Positions 1 to 13,205 of a stretch of 64,000 bases of DNA are shown in pieces. Within the stretch, counting starts at the first letter, position 1. Every line of letters starts with the position of its first letter. Source of the stretch: Eledone cirrhosa (lineage: Eukaryota); NCBI GenBank assembly GCA_964016885.1, contig OZ024741.1, positions 276,520,001 to 276,584,000 on the forward strand, read 5' to 3'. The position numbers and the translations under genes are program-made. The notes under the pieces are model-generated. The model was not told where the DNA came from. It saw nothing but the letters and a program-made list of their open reading frames with translations, and ran no database searches.

Positions 1-240
1 GTTGACAACGAAGGGTTTCTTCCTACGAACGAAAGTTCAGTTATATAATGCCTGTGTGAGATGCGTGATGTTGCATGGTAGTGAGACATGGGCAGCAACT
101 GCGGAGGACATGCGATGGCTGGAAAGAAATGAAAGGAGACGACGAAGGACCGTGACGAATGGAGAGATGCTGTGCTGAAAAGGACCCGTTCCACCCTTGC
201 AAGCAAGGAAAAGTGGACATAAAATGATGATGATGATGAT
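1..240 (+). mobile_element. RTE-clade LINE 3' fragment with an internal deletion and (GAT)n tail
   Basis: Translates as LTTKGFFLRTKVQLYNACVRCVMLHGSETWAATAEDMRWLERNE, then jumps to KDRDEWRDAVLKRTR. Ends ggacataaaatgatgatg next to TA-rich sequence. Confidence 0.85.
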
Positions 241-354
241 ATACATATATTATTTATTATTTCTTTATTCTTTATCATTAACATTCATGTATAATTTAAA
301 AAGAAATTTTTTTATCCAAATTTTTTTTCGAGACGGGCCTCAGCAGGTGAAAAT

Positions 355-930
355 CCAGACTTGGTGACTTAGTGATTAAAGTGTTTGACTCATGAATACA
401 AGGTTGTGTTCTCAATTCCTGCTAGCGAGTTTTGGCCTTCACCAAAGACACTCTATTTCACAGTGATTATTTTGTTGTCAAAGTTCTTTCATCACATGCT
501 GTGACCTTCTCAATGACTGTTTTGGACCTGTGTCTCTCTTTTTTTTTTTTGAGATTTTGTTTCAATTACTCTAAAATAAAAAAGGGAGAAAAATGGAATA
601 ATTGGAACAAAAATAAAACAAAAAAACCCAGAGGGCCAAAATAGTTATGCTGAATCTCCCTGAGAATAACTTTACAGGGTACATGTGTTTATGGACTGTG
701 CCTATAATTTAAAGATCCAGCATTGTCACACACGTCATGCTGAATCTTCCTAATGATCATGTACAACGTACACTTATTTATAGACTGTACTTGTAATTCA
801 AAAGGCTAGCTTTGTTACACACTGTCATGCTGAATCTCCCTGAGCTCTAGGTTAAAATTACATATGTCTGTGGAATGTTCAATCACTTACTTGCAATGTT
901 AATTTCGCAAGCAGGCTGAGATCAAACAGC
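355..930 (+). mobile_element. Degenerate tRNA-derived SINE with a triplicated ~90 bp tail segment
   Basis: Head resembles other copies (gacttagtgattaaagtgtttgactcat...). The gctgaatctccctgag module occurs three times between about 645 and 900. Confidence 0.6.
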
Positions 931-1314
931 TGTTGTTATTGCTGTTCTTGTTGCTGATCGCATCTGCAGCACGTGCAATCATGTGCAGCTATACATTTGT
1001 GTGTTGTGTTGGCTCTATGCTGTCTTTGAATCTCTCTTGCCATCATACCATCACCTCATGCAATTCCAGTTACACGCAACTTGATCCTATCTCTCTATCT
1101 TTTGACCATTTTCCCTTTTGTTGTTGTTCTTAATGCAGACTACCTTCCCACCCACCACCTCATCATGCCTTTAGGGCTTTGCTTTTATCTGCCGGATTAT
1201 TCTCTCTCTCTTTCTCCTTCTGCCTGTTTCTGTTACTCTCTCTCTCTCTCTGCCTGTTTATGCGTCTCTCTCTCTCTCTGCCTGTTTCTGCTTCTCTCTA
1301 TGCTTCTTTCTGCT

Positions 1315-1352
<38 letters not shown>

Positions 1353-1400
1353 ACAACTGTACATGTTTCTACCACCTGTCAGCATTACTCACTCTTACTA

Positions 1401-1493
1401 TATTCAATCTACTTTCATGCTGCTGCTGCTGCTGCTACTACTACTGATAGTAGTAGTAGCAGCAGCAGCAGCAGCATGAAAGTAGATTGAATA
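1401..1493. repeat. Perfect 45 bp inverted repeat with a 3 nt loop
   Basis: 1401-1445 is the exact reverse complement of 1449-1493. Confidence 0.95.
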
Positions 1494-2153
1494 GTTTGGC
1501 AAAAGGCTAGCAATTTTGTGGGGAAGGAAAAGTCAAATATATCGATCCCAGTATTCAACTGGTACTTTATTTTATCAACTTTGAAAGAATGAAAGGTAAA
1601 GTTGACCTTGGTGGGATTTGAATTCAGTACATAAAGGGTTGTAACTAAATGCTGCAATGCATTTTAGTTAACACACTAACAATAATATCCTCTACATTCA
1701 GTGCCTATATCTCATTACATAATACTATATAATTCATAATAGTGATGGTGGTTGATGAGGATAATGATGATGATTGGTGGTGGCGGTGGTCACATCTCTT
1801 GCTGGTGGTAAATGGAGGGATAGTGGAGATTGGCGTTTTGGTGGTGGTGGTTGGTATGTGTGTGTAGTGGTGATTGCTGTTGGTGTTGTGGTGGTGTATG
1901 AGTGGGTGGGGTAGTGGTGATTGGTGGGTGGTGGTTGGTATGATGTGTGTGTAGGTGGGGTAGTGGTTATTCGTGGTGTGTGTTCGGGGGAGGGGGGTAG
2001 TAGGGATTGCTCTTGTGATGGTGGTAATTGGGTTGTGTGGGATGGTGGTGGGGGTAAAGTGGTGATTGTTGTGGTGTTGGTTGGTGATAACTGGAGGTGA
2101 TGGTAGTGGTGATGGATATATATTATGTATTTCTTGTTGTTTGCACCACTTAA

Positions 2154-2376
2154 CCCTCTAAGCATTTAGACCGGCTGTATCCGGCCAGAATACCCTCACC
2201 TCTTTCTGTTCAAACCAGCCATAACTTGCTACTTATACTGATGTCAAGGTATTGTTCTCAAAATAAATAATATCAAAATCTCTTACATTTCATATTATGT
2301 GAGATAATTATGTAAGATAAAGCCTTTACCACAAAAATACAATAGTATATATAGAGTAATGTAAATGCTAATGAGG
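2154..2376. mobile_element. piggyBac-type MITE (degenerate copy)
   Basis: ttaa|ccctctaagcattta ... taaatgctaatgagg, with the same body as the copy at 47657. Confidence 0.75.
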
Positions 2377-3205
2377 TAAACTGAAGTTTGTATTAATTTG
2401 ATAAAAATATTGAAGAAAAAACGACAGGTCATCAAACAAACAAACATTCTTTCTTTTATCCTCTTACTGGCTTCACTCATTAGACTGTAGGTATGCTTGG
2501 ACACCACCTTGATTTAGTCAATCATATTGTTCCCAGTACATAGTTTTCCAAGGCTGGTACTTATCTTATCAATCTCCCCTTATCTTTTGTCAAACCACTA
2601 ATTTATCAGAAATAAACACAGACACAAAGGGAAACAAAACCCACAGACACACACATCTTCTCTACACTCAATAGAATGTATGACTGTATGTAAGTGAGGT
2701 GGGGATCTCTCAGCCTGTCTGGGAGATCAGTAGCCTCGCTTCAGTACTGGCTTGGTCTATGTAGACCTGCCCAAGCCTTGTTAGCAGGGAAAGTGGACGT
2801 TATATGATGATGATAATATAAGTTCAAAATTAACATCTGGGACAAACAAAAAAGACAGAAAAACTAGGAGAAGATGGACACATGGAGATTTTTGCTTGTC
2901 AACTGTCTGTTGAGTGTGCTTGTAGTTTTGTGTGTTAAAAAAAACTACAAATCTTCCTAGTGCACCAGTAGTCCCTAAGGATAAAAATATAACAGCTACA
3001 GGTCAAGACAATAGTACAAGGTTAGATTTTTTTACTCTTTGAACAGGGAAAAAATACACAAAAACTACATAAGATTAAAATAAACGAACTATTATATAAT
3101 TATAAAAATTATAATAAAATGATTTGTGGGGCAAGAAAGCTCCTCCAATAAAATGTAGGGAAATTGTGACAGATAATATACAGGAAAATAACTGTAGAAG
3201 AAATA

Positions 3206-3475
3206 CAGTAGAACATCGGTTCACAAACTTAATTCATTCCTGAAGGCCGTTCATCACACAAAATATTTGTAAACCAAAACTTTTTTTCCCATATGAAATG
3301 TTGAGAGAGACTGTGTGTGAAAGACAGATAGATATCACCATAGTATCTAACTACACAGCAAGTGATGCTTTCCTACCGATAATCCCAGCTTGTTGCCAAC
3401 TATTGTGGCCAAATTGCATGTTAGTTACTCATGTTTTATGTTTAGAAAAATTGTTTATGAACTGAGATTCCACCG
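3206..3475. mobile_element. Tigger/pogo-like (Tc1/mariner superfamily) MITE
   Basis: ta|cagtagaacatcggttcacaaac ... gtttatgaactgagattccaccg|ta: imperfect 23 bp TIRs and a TA target duplication. Confidence 0.65.
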
Positions 3476-4276
3476 TAGACTGTTATGAATTAGTTTGAGC
3501 AAAGGTCTTGGAACTAATAATAAGTGACAAAGAAGAGATGAAGTGGTTTGATCTAACCACTTCAACAATTAGGTTACAACAGTGTGAAAAGAGGGCATGA
3601 TGGGAAAGTTGAAGGTTGTAGGACAATAGGTAGTGTGGTCAAGATAGTAGTAAAGGACATTGAGGGAAGATCGCTGAGAGAGAGTGAGAGTCACAACAAT
3701 AGTAATAAATAACAGTTTACATATGAAAAAATAGGTTGTGTTGCTTATTAATTGTATAACTACTATCGATTGGTCATTACATCGATGGATGGTAGATTGG
3801 CAATATTGGTAGAACCTCGGTCACCCTGCTTTGCGGCATTGAGTTGTAGCTCTTTATGTTTTGAGTTCAAATCCCGCCGAGGTTAGCTTTGCCTTTCATC
3901 CCTATGGGGGTTGATAAAATAAAGTACTTGGGTCGATTTAATATCGACTTTCTCTCTCCCAAAATTGTTGGCCTTGTGCTTAAATCAGAAACCATTATAT
4001 TGAATTACCAAGATTAATCAACCTTCTGAAACTATCGTAAAACAATGAACAAATTAAGCACTAAACTTTGTTGTTTTTTTTTGTTTCATTATTCAAAACA
4101 AACACACACGCGCGCGCACAACTGTAGCTTGTTTGAATGCACAACAAAATCCAATATGACGAAAGCCTACTACAAAAAAAAAAACTCTCATCACCTGGTC
4201 TCTTTGGAATTTTTACTTTGGTACTACATGGAGTTCTGATAGTGTTATTGGCTTTCCCGTAGACAGGTAGATACCA

Positions 4277-4345
<69 letters not shown>

Positions 4346-4351
4346 TATTAT

Positions 4352-4480
4352 GAAGGCATGTGGCTAGTGGTTCGAGAATCGAGAAAGAATTGGATTCGCA
4401 GTTGTGAGGTTCTGAGTTTGATTCCTGAGCCGGGTGATGTGGTATGTCCTTGAGCAAGACACTTTATTTCACGTTGCTCC
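4352..4480 (+). mobile_element. tRNA-head SINE 5' part abutting an antisense RTE fragment
   Basis: gaaggcatgtggctagtggtt...gagtttgattcc...ccttgagcaagacactttatttcac. Confidence 0.75.
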
Positions 4481-4675
4481 TTCTGCACACCACAACTTAT
4501 CCCTCTTATACCCAGTTTCTTTCTCAACTCGTCTATGCTTGGTCGTTCACGCACATTGACATTGCACATCCAACAGAGCATACTTGCTTCATTTCTCTCC
4601 AGCCGTTGTACATCTTCTGCAGTTGCTGCCCATGTCTCACTACCATGCAGCTTTGTGCATCTCGCACAGGCATCA
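4481..4675 (-). mobile_element. RTE LINE ORF fragment
   Basis: Minus strand reads LHGSETWAATAEDVQRLERNEASMLCWMCNVNVRERPSIDELRKKLGIRGI; bounded by (TA)n. Confidence 0.85.
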
Positions 4676-4691
4676 TATATATATATATATA

Positions 4692-4773
4692 TATAAGAAT
4701 AACATTAACAAAGATTCTGTGATTACATAAAGCTTTATGTAATCACAGAATCTTTCTTAATGTTATTCTTATA
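4692..4773. repeat. 82 bp near-perfect palindrome with no loop
   Basis: Centred on AAGCTT (4732/4733), with one C/C mismatch. Confidence 0.95.
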
Positions 4774-4909
4774 CTGAATCTCCGTTGTATGTTGAGAGCT
4801 TTCTCCTGCTTACTCTTGATTTTTACCAAAACAACTTTTACTGAACACACACACACATCATTTTCATTATTCATTTCATTTTACGTCCGCTTTTTCCCTG
4901 CTTGCAAGG

Positions 4910-5460
4910 AAAAATATATAACAACTGAAAAAACATGATTGAATTATTTAAAAATATAATTCTAAAAAAATATAAAGCGATAATAAAAATATTATATAAT
5001 CATAAAATATGATAAAATAATTAAAACATAATTGTATAATTGTAAAAAAAGTATATTAATTGATTTTTTTAAAATATGTATATAATTATAAAAAATATAG
5101 TAAATTTATTTTTTTAAATAATTATTATATAACGATAAAAACAATTTGTAAAATTTCTTTAAAAAAAATAAAATTGAAAAAGATTTAGTAAAAAGATTTC
5201 TTTTAAAATTATATATTTATAAAATAATGTAGTAAAAAATATATATGGAATGATTAAAAAAAACTATTATATAGTTATAAAAATTATAATAAAATGATTA
5301 AAAAAAAAAATTATTGTAGAATTATGAAAAAATATAGTAAAAGGATTTTTAAAAATAATTATATAATTATAAAAAAATATAAAATAATTAAAAAAAATAA
5401 TTATATAATTACAAAAAATATAAAATAATTTTTAAATGATTCATAAAAACTATATTGTAA
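4910..5460. repeat. Extremely AT-rich low-complexity tract
   Basis: Almost only A/T, with degenerate 'attatataattataaaaaaatatagtaaaatgatt'-like units. Confidence 0.8.
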
Positions 5461-6042
5461 TATATATATATGTGTGTGTGTATATATATATGTGTGTGTG
5501 TATATATATATATGTGTATGTATGTGTGTGTGTGTGTCTGTGTGTGTATATATATATATATATATATAAGAATAAAACAAAATATGGAATAAGATAAAAT
5601 ACTAAAAGTGTATTAAGGAAAGTGGGAAAAAGAGATATTCTTTGTTTGTTTGATTTTTCTTAAAGACTGTTAACATCTTCTACTGAAAGAACCTTTAAAA
5701 GAACTGGGTTCTCCTCTCCCCCTAAAATCACATCCAAAATCTTTATTATCTTTTCCCATCTCATCCCTCCTCCACCCACCATCCTCAGAAGGGAATTGAT
5801 TGTACAAGATTTGAACTGGTTTCTGTTGCAATAATAACAACAATAATAATGATAATAACGATAATGGTGATGATCATAATTATGACAATACAGATGACGG
5901 CGGCGATAACGAAGACAACGATGAACTGCAGCTGAATTAATCCATCACTTAATTAATAATGACCACTCGGGAATTTTGTTTCTTCTCTCTCAAAGATGAG
6001 TTCAATATTATTGATGTTGTTGTCGTTGCTGTGAATGTGCAC

Positions 6043-8040
6043 AGCTTAGTGATTAGTCTGTTGAGTTCACAATTGTGTTGTGAAGACTCATGGCTTACTG
6101 GTTAGTCTGTTGAGTTCACAATTGTGTTGTGAGACTCATAGCTTACTGGTTAGTCTGTTGAGTTCACAATTGTGTTGTGAAGACTCATGGCTTACTGGTT
6201 AGTCTGTTGAGTTCACAATTGTGTTGTGAAGACTCATGGCTTACTGGTTAGTCTGTTGAGTTCACAATTGTGTTGTGAAGACTCATGGCTTACTGGTTAG
6301 TCTGTTGAGTTCACAATTGTGTTGTGAGACTCATAGCTTACTGGTTAGTCTGTTGAGTTCACAATTGTGTTGTGAAGATTCATAGCTTACTGGTTAGTCT
6401 GTTGAGTTCACAATTGTGTTGTGAAGACTCATAGCTTACTGGTTAGTCTGTTGAGTTCACAATTGTGTTGTGAAGACTCATAGCTTACTGGTTAGTCTGT
6501 TGAGTTCACAATTGTGTTGTGAAGACTCATGGCTTACTGGTTAGTCTGTTGAGTTCACAATTGTGTTGTGAAGACTCATAGCTTACTGGTTAGTCTGTTG
6601 AGTTCACAATTGTGTTGTGAGACACATAGCTTAGTGGTTAGTCTGTTGAGTTCACAATTGTGTTGTGAAGACTCATGGCTTACTGGTTAGTCTGTTGAGT
6701 TCACAATTGTGTTGTGAGACTCATAGCTTACTGGTTAGTCTGTTGAGTTCACAATTGTGTTGTGAAGATTCATAGCTTACTGGTTAGTCTGTTGAGTTCA
6801 CAATTGTGTTGTGAAGACTCATAGCTTACTGGTTAGTCTGTTGAGTTCACAATTGTGTTGTGAAGACTCATAGCTTACTGGTTAGTCTGTTGAGTTCACA
6901 ATTGTGTTGTGAGACTCATAGCTAACTGGTTAGTCTGTTGAGTTCACAATTGTGTTGTGAAGACTCATGGCTTACTGGTTAGTCTGTTGAGTTCACAATT
7001 GTGTTGTGAGACTCATAGCTTACTGGTTAGTCTGTTGAGTTCACAATTGTGTTGTGAAGACTCATGGCTTACTGGTTAGTCTGTTGAGTTCACAATTGTG
7101 TTGTGAAGATTCATAGCTTACTGGTTAGTCTGCTGAGTTCACAATTGTGTTGTGAAGACTCATAGCTTACTGGTTAGTCTGTTGAGTTCACAATTGTGTT
7201 GTGAAGACTCATAGCTTACTGGTTAGTCTGTTGAGTTCACAATTGTGTTGTGAGACACATAGCTTAGTGGTTAGTCTGTTGAGTTCACAATTGTGTTGTG
7301 AAGACTCATAGCTTACTGGTTAGTCTGTTGAGTTCACAATTGTGTTGTGAAGATTCATAGCTTACTGGTTAGTCTGTTGAGTTCACAATTGTGTTGTGAA
7401 GACTCATAGCTTACTGGTTAGTCTGTTGAGTTCACAATTGTGTTGTGAAGACTCATAGCTTACTGGTTAGTCTGTTGAGTTCACAATTGTGTTGTGAAGA
7501 CTCATAGCTTACTGGTTAGTCTGTTGAGTTCACAATTGTGTTGTGAAGACTCATAGCCTACTGGTTAGTCTGTTGAGTTCACAATTGTGTTGTGAAGACT
7601 CATAGCTTAGTGGTTAGTCTGTTGAGTTCACAATTGTGTTGTGAAGACTCACAGCTTACTGGTTAGTCTGTTGAGTTCAAAATTGTGTTGTGAGACTCGT
7701 AGCTTACTGGTTAGTCTGTTGAGTTCACAATTGTGTTGTGATATGTATAGCTTAGTTGTTAGTTGGTTGAGTTCACAATTGTGTTGTGAGACTCATAGCT
7801 TAGTGGTTAGTCTGTTGAGTTCACAATTGTGTTGCGAGACTCATAGCCTACTGGTTAGTCTGTTGAGTTCACAATTGTGTTGTGATATGTATAGCTTAGT
7901 TGTTAGTTGGTTGAGTTCACAATTGTGTTGTGAAGACTAATAGCTTAGTTGTTAGTTGGTTGAGCTCACATTTGTGTTGTCAAGGTGCCTGGCTTAGTTG
8001 TTATGCTGTTCAGCTCACAATTGTGTTGTGAAGATGTGTA
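6043..8040 (+). repeat. 48/49 bp minisatellite, about 40 copies, derived from a SINE tRNA head
   Basis: Unit agcttactggttagtctgttgagttcacaattgtgttgtgaagactcat. It degenerates into a SINE at about 8030-8250. Confidence 0.95.
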
Positions 8041-8731
8041 TCTTAGTGGTTAGGCCTTTGGGCTCATGAGTGTCCGGTTGTGAATCTGATTCTTCACAGC
8101 AGATTGTGTTGTTGAGCAAGACCCTCTATTTCTTATTGCTCCAGTCCACTCAGCAAAATTGAGTTGTATCAGTAATTTAAAGGGCCAGCCTTGTCACACA
8201 CTGTGTAATGCTGAATTCTCATGAGATCCATGTTGGATGTGGAATGCATTTTGAGTGAATAAAGGAATGGTCACTGGCTGGAATACTTTTGATTCAGAGT
8301 CAGCTGTATCAGGGCTTCTTCAAGGTAAAAAAATGAAAATTAAAAAAAAAACACAAGCAACAAAACAATATCGACCATATGTATGTATCTAATATATATA
8401 TATAAATGATTATTATTCTATGTCAGCAGAAGTGGTGAAGTAACATTCCTGCTATGAAAACCTGATTCTCCATTACTGCTATACACACACACACGCACAT
8501 GTAGTTCAGTTACATGCTCTCACACACACACACACACACACTTGTATATGCATCCTCACTTTAACCTTAATCCTAAGCATACACATGCGCGCACACATAC
8601 TCATATGCATATACACACACCATCGGTTTAATTACATGCACATACTTATACACAACTATACACGCACATACACACACACTCTGCTGCACACATGTCCCTG
8701 CATATTCACACACATAGTTTAGTTACACATG

Positions 8732-8769
<38 letters not shown>

Positions 8770-9049
8770 TATATATATATGTATGTACATACCTGTTTGC
8801 ATGCATGTACATACCTGTTTGAGTGCAGAGGGAGAGCTGTTGATGTGGCCAGTTCTCCTCTTGAAATTTTAGCCTGTGTGAACCAATTTCTCTCCTGATT
8901 CTATCTCTTTCCACCTACGTCATACTGGAACTTATCAAAGAAATCTAAGACCTCTCTTCTTTTTAAATGATATACTGCGTACTGCTTGATGAACGAGTAT
9001 CAATTGTTTCTATGGGGGTGTGTATGTTGGGGGGTGTGTATGTTGGGGG

Positions 9050-10500
9050 GTGGGCTGTTTCTGTGTGTTGGGGTGAGGGCTGTTTCTGCATGTTGGGGTG
9101 AGGGCTGTTTCTGCATGTTGGGGTGAGCGCTGTTTCTGCATGTTGGGGTGAGGGCTGTTTCTGTGTGTTGGGGTGAGGGATGTTTCTGTGTATTGGGGTG
9201 AGGGCTGTTTCTGTGTGTTGGGGGTGAGGGCTGTTTCTGTGTGTTGGTGTCAGGGCTGTTTCTGTGTGTTGGGGGTGAGGACTGTTTCTGTGTGTTGGGG
9301 TGACGGCTGTTTCTGTGTGTTGGGGTGAGGGCTGTTTCTGTGTGTTGGGGGGAGGGCTGTTTCTGTGTGTTGGGGTGAGGGCTGTTTCTGTGTGTTGGTG
9401 TCAGGGCTGTTTCTGTGTGTTGGGGTGAGGGCTGTTTCTGTGTGTTGGGGGTGAGGGCTGTTTCTGTGTGTTGGGGGTGAGGGCTGTTTCTGTGTGTTGG
9501 GGTGACGGCTGTGTCTGTGTGTTGGGGTGAGGGCTGTTTCTGTGTGTTGGGGGGAGGGCTGTTTCTGTGTGTTGGGGTGAGGGCTGTTTCTGTGTGTTGG
9601 TGTCAGGGCTGTTTCTGTATGTTGGGGTGAGGGCTGTTTCTGTGTGTTGGGGGTGAGGGCTGTTTCTGTGTGTTGGGGTGAGGGCTGTTTCTGTGTGTTG
9701 GGGGTGAGGGCTGTTTCTGTGTGTTGGGGGGAGGACTGTTTCTGTGTTGTGGTGAGGGCTGTTTCTGTGTGTTGGGGGGGAGGGCTGTTTCTGTGTGTTG
9801 GGGTGAGGGCTGTTTCTGTGTGTTGGGGGTGATGGCTGTTTCTGTGTGTTGGGGGTGATGGCTGTTTCTGTGTGTTGGGGGTGAGGGCTGTTTCTGTGTG
9901 TTGGGGTGAGGGCTGTTTCTGTGTGTTGGTGTCAGGGCTGTTTCTGTGTGTTGGTGTCAGGGCTGTTTCTGTGTATTGGGGTGAGGGCTGTTTCTGTGTG
10001 TTGGTGTCAGGGCTATTTCTGTGTATTGGGGTGAGGACTGTTTCTGTGTGTTGGGGGTGAGGGCTGTTTCTGTGTGTTGGGGGGAGGGCTGTTTCTGTGT
10101 GTTGGGGTGAGGGCTGTTTCTGTGTGTTGGGGGTGAGGGCTGTTTCTGTGTGTTGGGGGTGAGGGCTGTTTCTGTGTGTTGGGGTGAGGGCTGTTTCTGT
10201 GTGTTGGGGGTGAGGGCTGTTTCTGTATGTTGGGGTGAGGGCTGTTTCTGTGTGTTGGGGTGAGGGCTGTTTCTGTGTGTGTTGAGGTGATGGTTGTTTC
10301 TGTGTGTTTGGAGTGAGCGTTGTTTCTGTGTGTGTGTTGGGATGAGGGCTGTTTGTGTGTGTGTGTGTGTGTGTGTTGGGGTGAGGACTATTTCTGTGTG
10401 TCTGTGTGTGTAGAGGTGATGGCTGTTTCTGTGTGTGTGTGTGTTGGGATGAGGGCTGTTTCTCTGTGTGTATGTGTACGGGTGTCTGTTGTGGTGAGGG
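9050..10500 (+). repeat. 25-26 bp G/T-rich minisatellite, about 50 copies
   Basis: Unit ggggtgagggctgtttctgtgtgtt; decays into (TG)n after about 10270. Confidence 0.95.
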
Positions 10501-10519
10501 ATGTACTTTGTTTCAGTTG

Positions 10520-10710
10520 TTAATAATTGTTTCTACTTTTGGCACAAGGCCAGCAATTAGCCAGTACATTACTGGTACCTTATTTTATCGACCCCATAAG
10601 GATGAAAGGCAAAGTTAACCTCAGCAGGATTTGAACTCAGAATGGCAAGGGCCGTAACTCTATGCGTCAAAGCATGGTGTCCGACGCTCTACCGATACTG
10701 CCAAACCATG
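10520..10710 (-). mobile_element. tRNA-derived SINE family B (antisense copy)
   Basis: Reverse complement of the element at 26305. Confidence 0.85.
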
Positions 10711-13120
10711 ACATCAATGATGACAACAATGGGAAAGATGCTGTCCAAATATTAATGCTACTTTGTATTACCCTGCATTTCAAATTGACACATGTTATCT
10801 AGCCATAACCATAACACTAATCCTTACTCTAACCCCTTACTCTACCCATATCTTTACCTTAAACTCTACGCCTAACTCAAGTCCTAACTTTAACTCTAGC
10901 TTCAACACTAAACTGTAACAGAACTGTCTGTTCATGAAATTAATGTGCTAGTGACTGAGCATTCTTCAGAAATGTGTACCTTAATGTAATTCTCAAAAAG
11001 ATTCATTGTAGCACAGTGTGAGACAAGACTGGCCCTTTGAGTTGCCGGTACACTCCATCTGATAATTTAAAATAGTTTTCATCTATCTAATGCCACTACA
11101 TAGGATTGAACCTGGGATCTTATGACTGCAAAGCAAAACTTCTTAAATATTTGACTGTCCTGCATCCATATCTCATTGATAGGCTTCTAGAGGATTTGAA
11201 CTCAGAGAGCAGAGAGCCAAAACCTGCAAAGTACTCTATCTGACGTTTTAACGCCTCTACCAATTCATATTTCTAATGAATTTTAAATAATTTTGAAAAT
11301 AATCAAGAATTTGGAGAGATTTAAAAAAAAAACTTTCTCATAACTAAAGAAATGTTTTTATATAAAATTATGTTGGAAGGATTTTAGATAAATATAAACA
11401 TTTTAAAATAAACAGTTTTGAATCATAAAATCCAGTACAATTCCAGATGGTTTGGTATCAAAAGGGTTAAATCCTTCCATCATAATTTTATGTAAAAAGT
11501 CTTGTTAAGTTAATTATTAAGACCAACTTAAATCTTTCTAAGTTCTTGATTGTTGTCTTTCACTAGAAATATGCTAATGAAAGAGTTGATCATAATATAG
11601 AAAAGACGAAATACTAGCACCAGTACTATTCCAAAGTTTGGGTAAGTTACACAGGATGGCTAATTGAATATTCACTGGACTTTGAGACCTTCTGGTATAA
11701 CTGAGGTTTAACAGAAGCTAGTTCAGAAGAGGAGAGGCATTTGTAGTACTAGTAGAATTGGCAGGCAGAGAGGGTATTGCAGGGCTGTATTGGTAAGTCT
11801 TGCAATCAGTTGGGTGGCTTTACCTTATATTACTATGCTCAGTATCATTCACACATAGGCAATGAATTGACAGAGTTGTTAGAGTGTAAAACAAAATGCT
11901 TTGCCTCTCTGTAATTAGGGTGTTTGACCCACTATTGTAAGGTTGTGAGTTTGATTTACAACAGTGTGTTGTGTTCTTGAACAAGACACTTTATTTCACA
12001 TTGCTCCAGTCAACTCAGCAAGCAAAACTGAGATGTAATGTTGTACCTGTAATTCAAAAGGCCATCCTTTTCACACTGTATCATACTGCATTTCTCTGAT
12101 GTTGTTGGTGGTATTGGTGGTAATGACAGTGGTAATGACAGTGGTGTTTGTGGTAGGGGAGGTGTCCCCTTTTTTTTCATCATCCATCATTCCCATGGTG
12201 ACACTAGCCAGCAACGATGTTATTTTCGTAGTTGTCATGCCATTGGCCTCATTGAAGGGGGTGGGGGTGAGGTGCAGAGTTAAGCGTGCTTTGATGTTTG
12301 TCTGAACCTCCTTACTCGCTCCATTCCTCAAGTAGTGGAGGGTGGATGTAGCAGCGAATGGAAAAGAAGTAGGGCAGAGCCAACAATTGTCTTAGAGTGA
12401 TGGCATTGGGCACTGGGGTGGTTGTCGAAGCAGTGGTGGGGTGAGTGGGTGTGGTGGGATGCACAGGGGGTGGGTGGGGTGGGCCTTATGATGACATCAT
12501 TACCAGATTATTGATAATGAGAATAATCAAACGACGATGCACTCTATTATCTCATTAACCTGTCAACTACTCTAGAAAATGACGCGTGTATGTGAAGGTG
12601 CTTTGCTTAGTGGGTAGGGTGTCACTCTGACAATCGAAAGGTTGAAAGTTCAGTTTCCTGATGGCTGTGTGTTGTATCTTTCCTCCTTACAGGGTTGATA
12701 AAATAAAGCACCAGTAATGCATTGGGGTTGATTTGATCAACTTTCTCCCTTCTCTTCAAATTGCTGGCCTTGTGCTAAAAGTAGAAACAGTTATTACTAC
12801 CATCACCATCACTATTAGCATTATTACCACTATCACCACCATCATAAATATACCACATCCATTGTCATTGCTTCTCTCTCTCTGTACCTCAGGCCAAATT
12901 ATCCCTCACTCTCTTACCTCCCCACCATATCCAAAATCTCCCTACCAACCCTCATCTTGTTTTATGTCATTCTCTCTCTTTTGAAAAAAAAAAATGGTTT
13001 AGGGTGTGTATGACCACCACCAGCACTTCTACTAACACTGCCACCACCATTGCCACTGCTCCCACCACTCTCTATTCTCTACACCCCCACCCTTTCTCAT
13101 CATCTGATAATTTACTCTCA

Positions 13121-13205
<85 letters not shown>

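Noticed and set aside
6043-8040. CRISPR-like array of palindromic repeats
   Set aside because: Units are contiguous with no unique spacers, there are no cas genes, and the context is eukaryotic.
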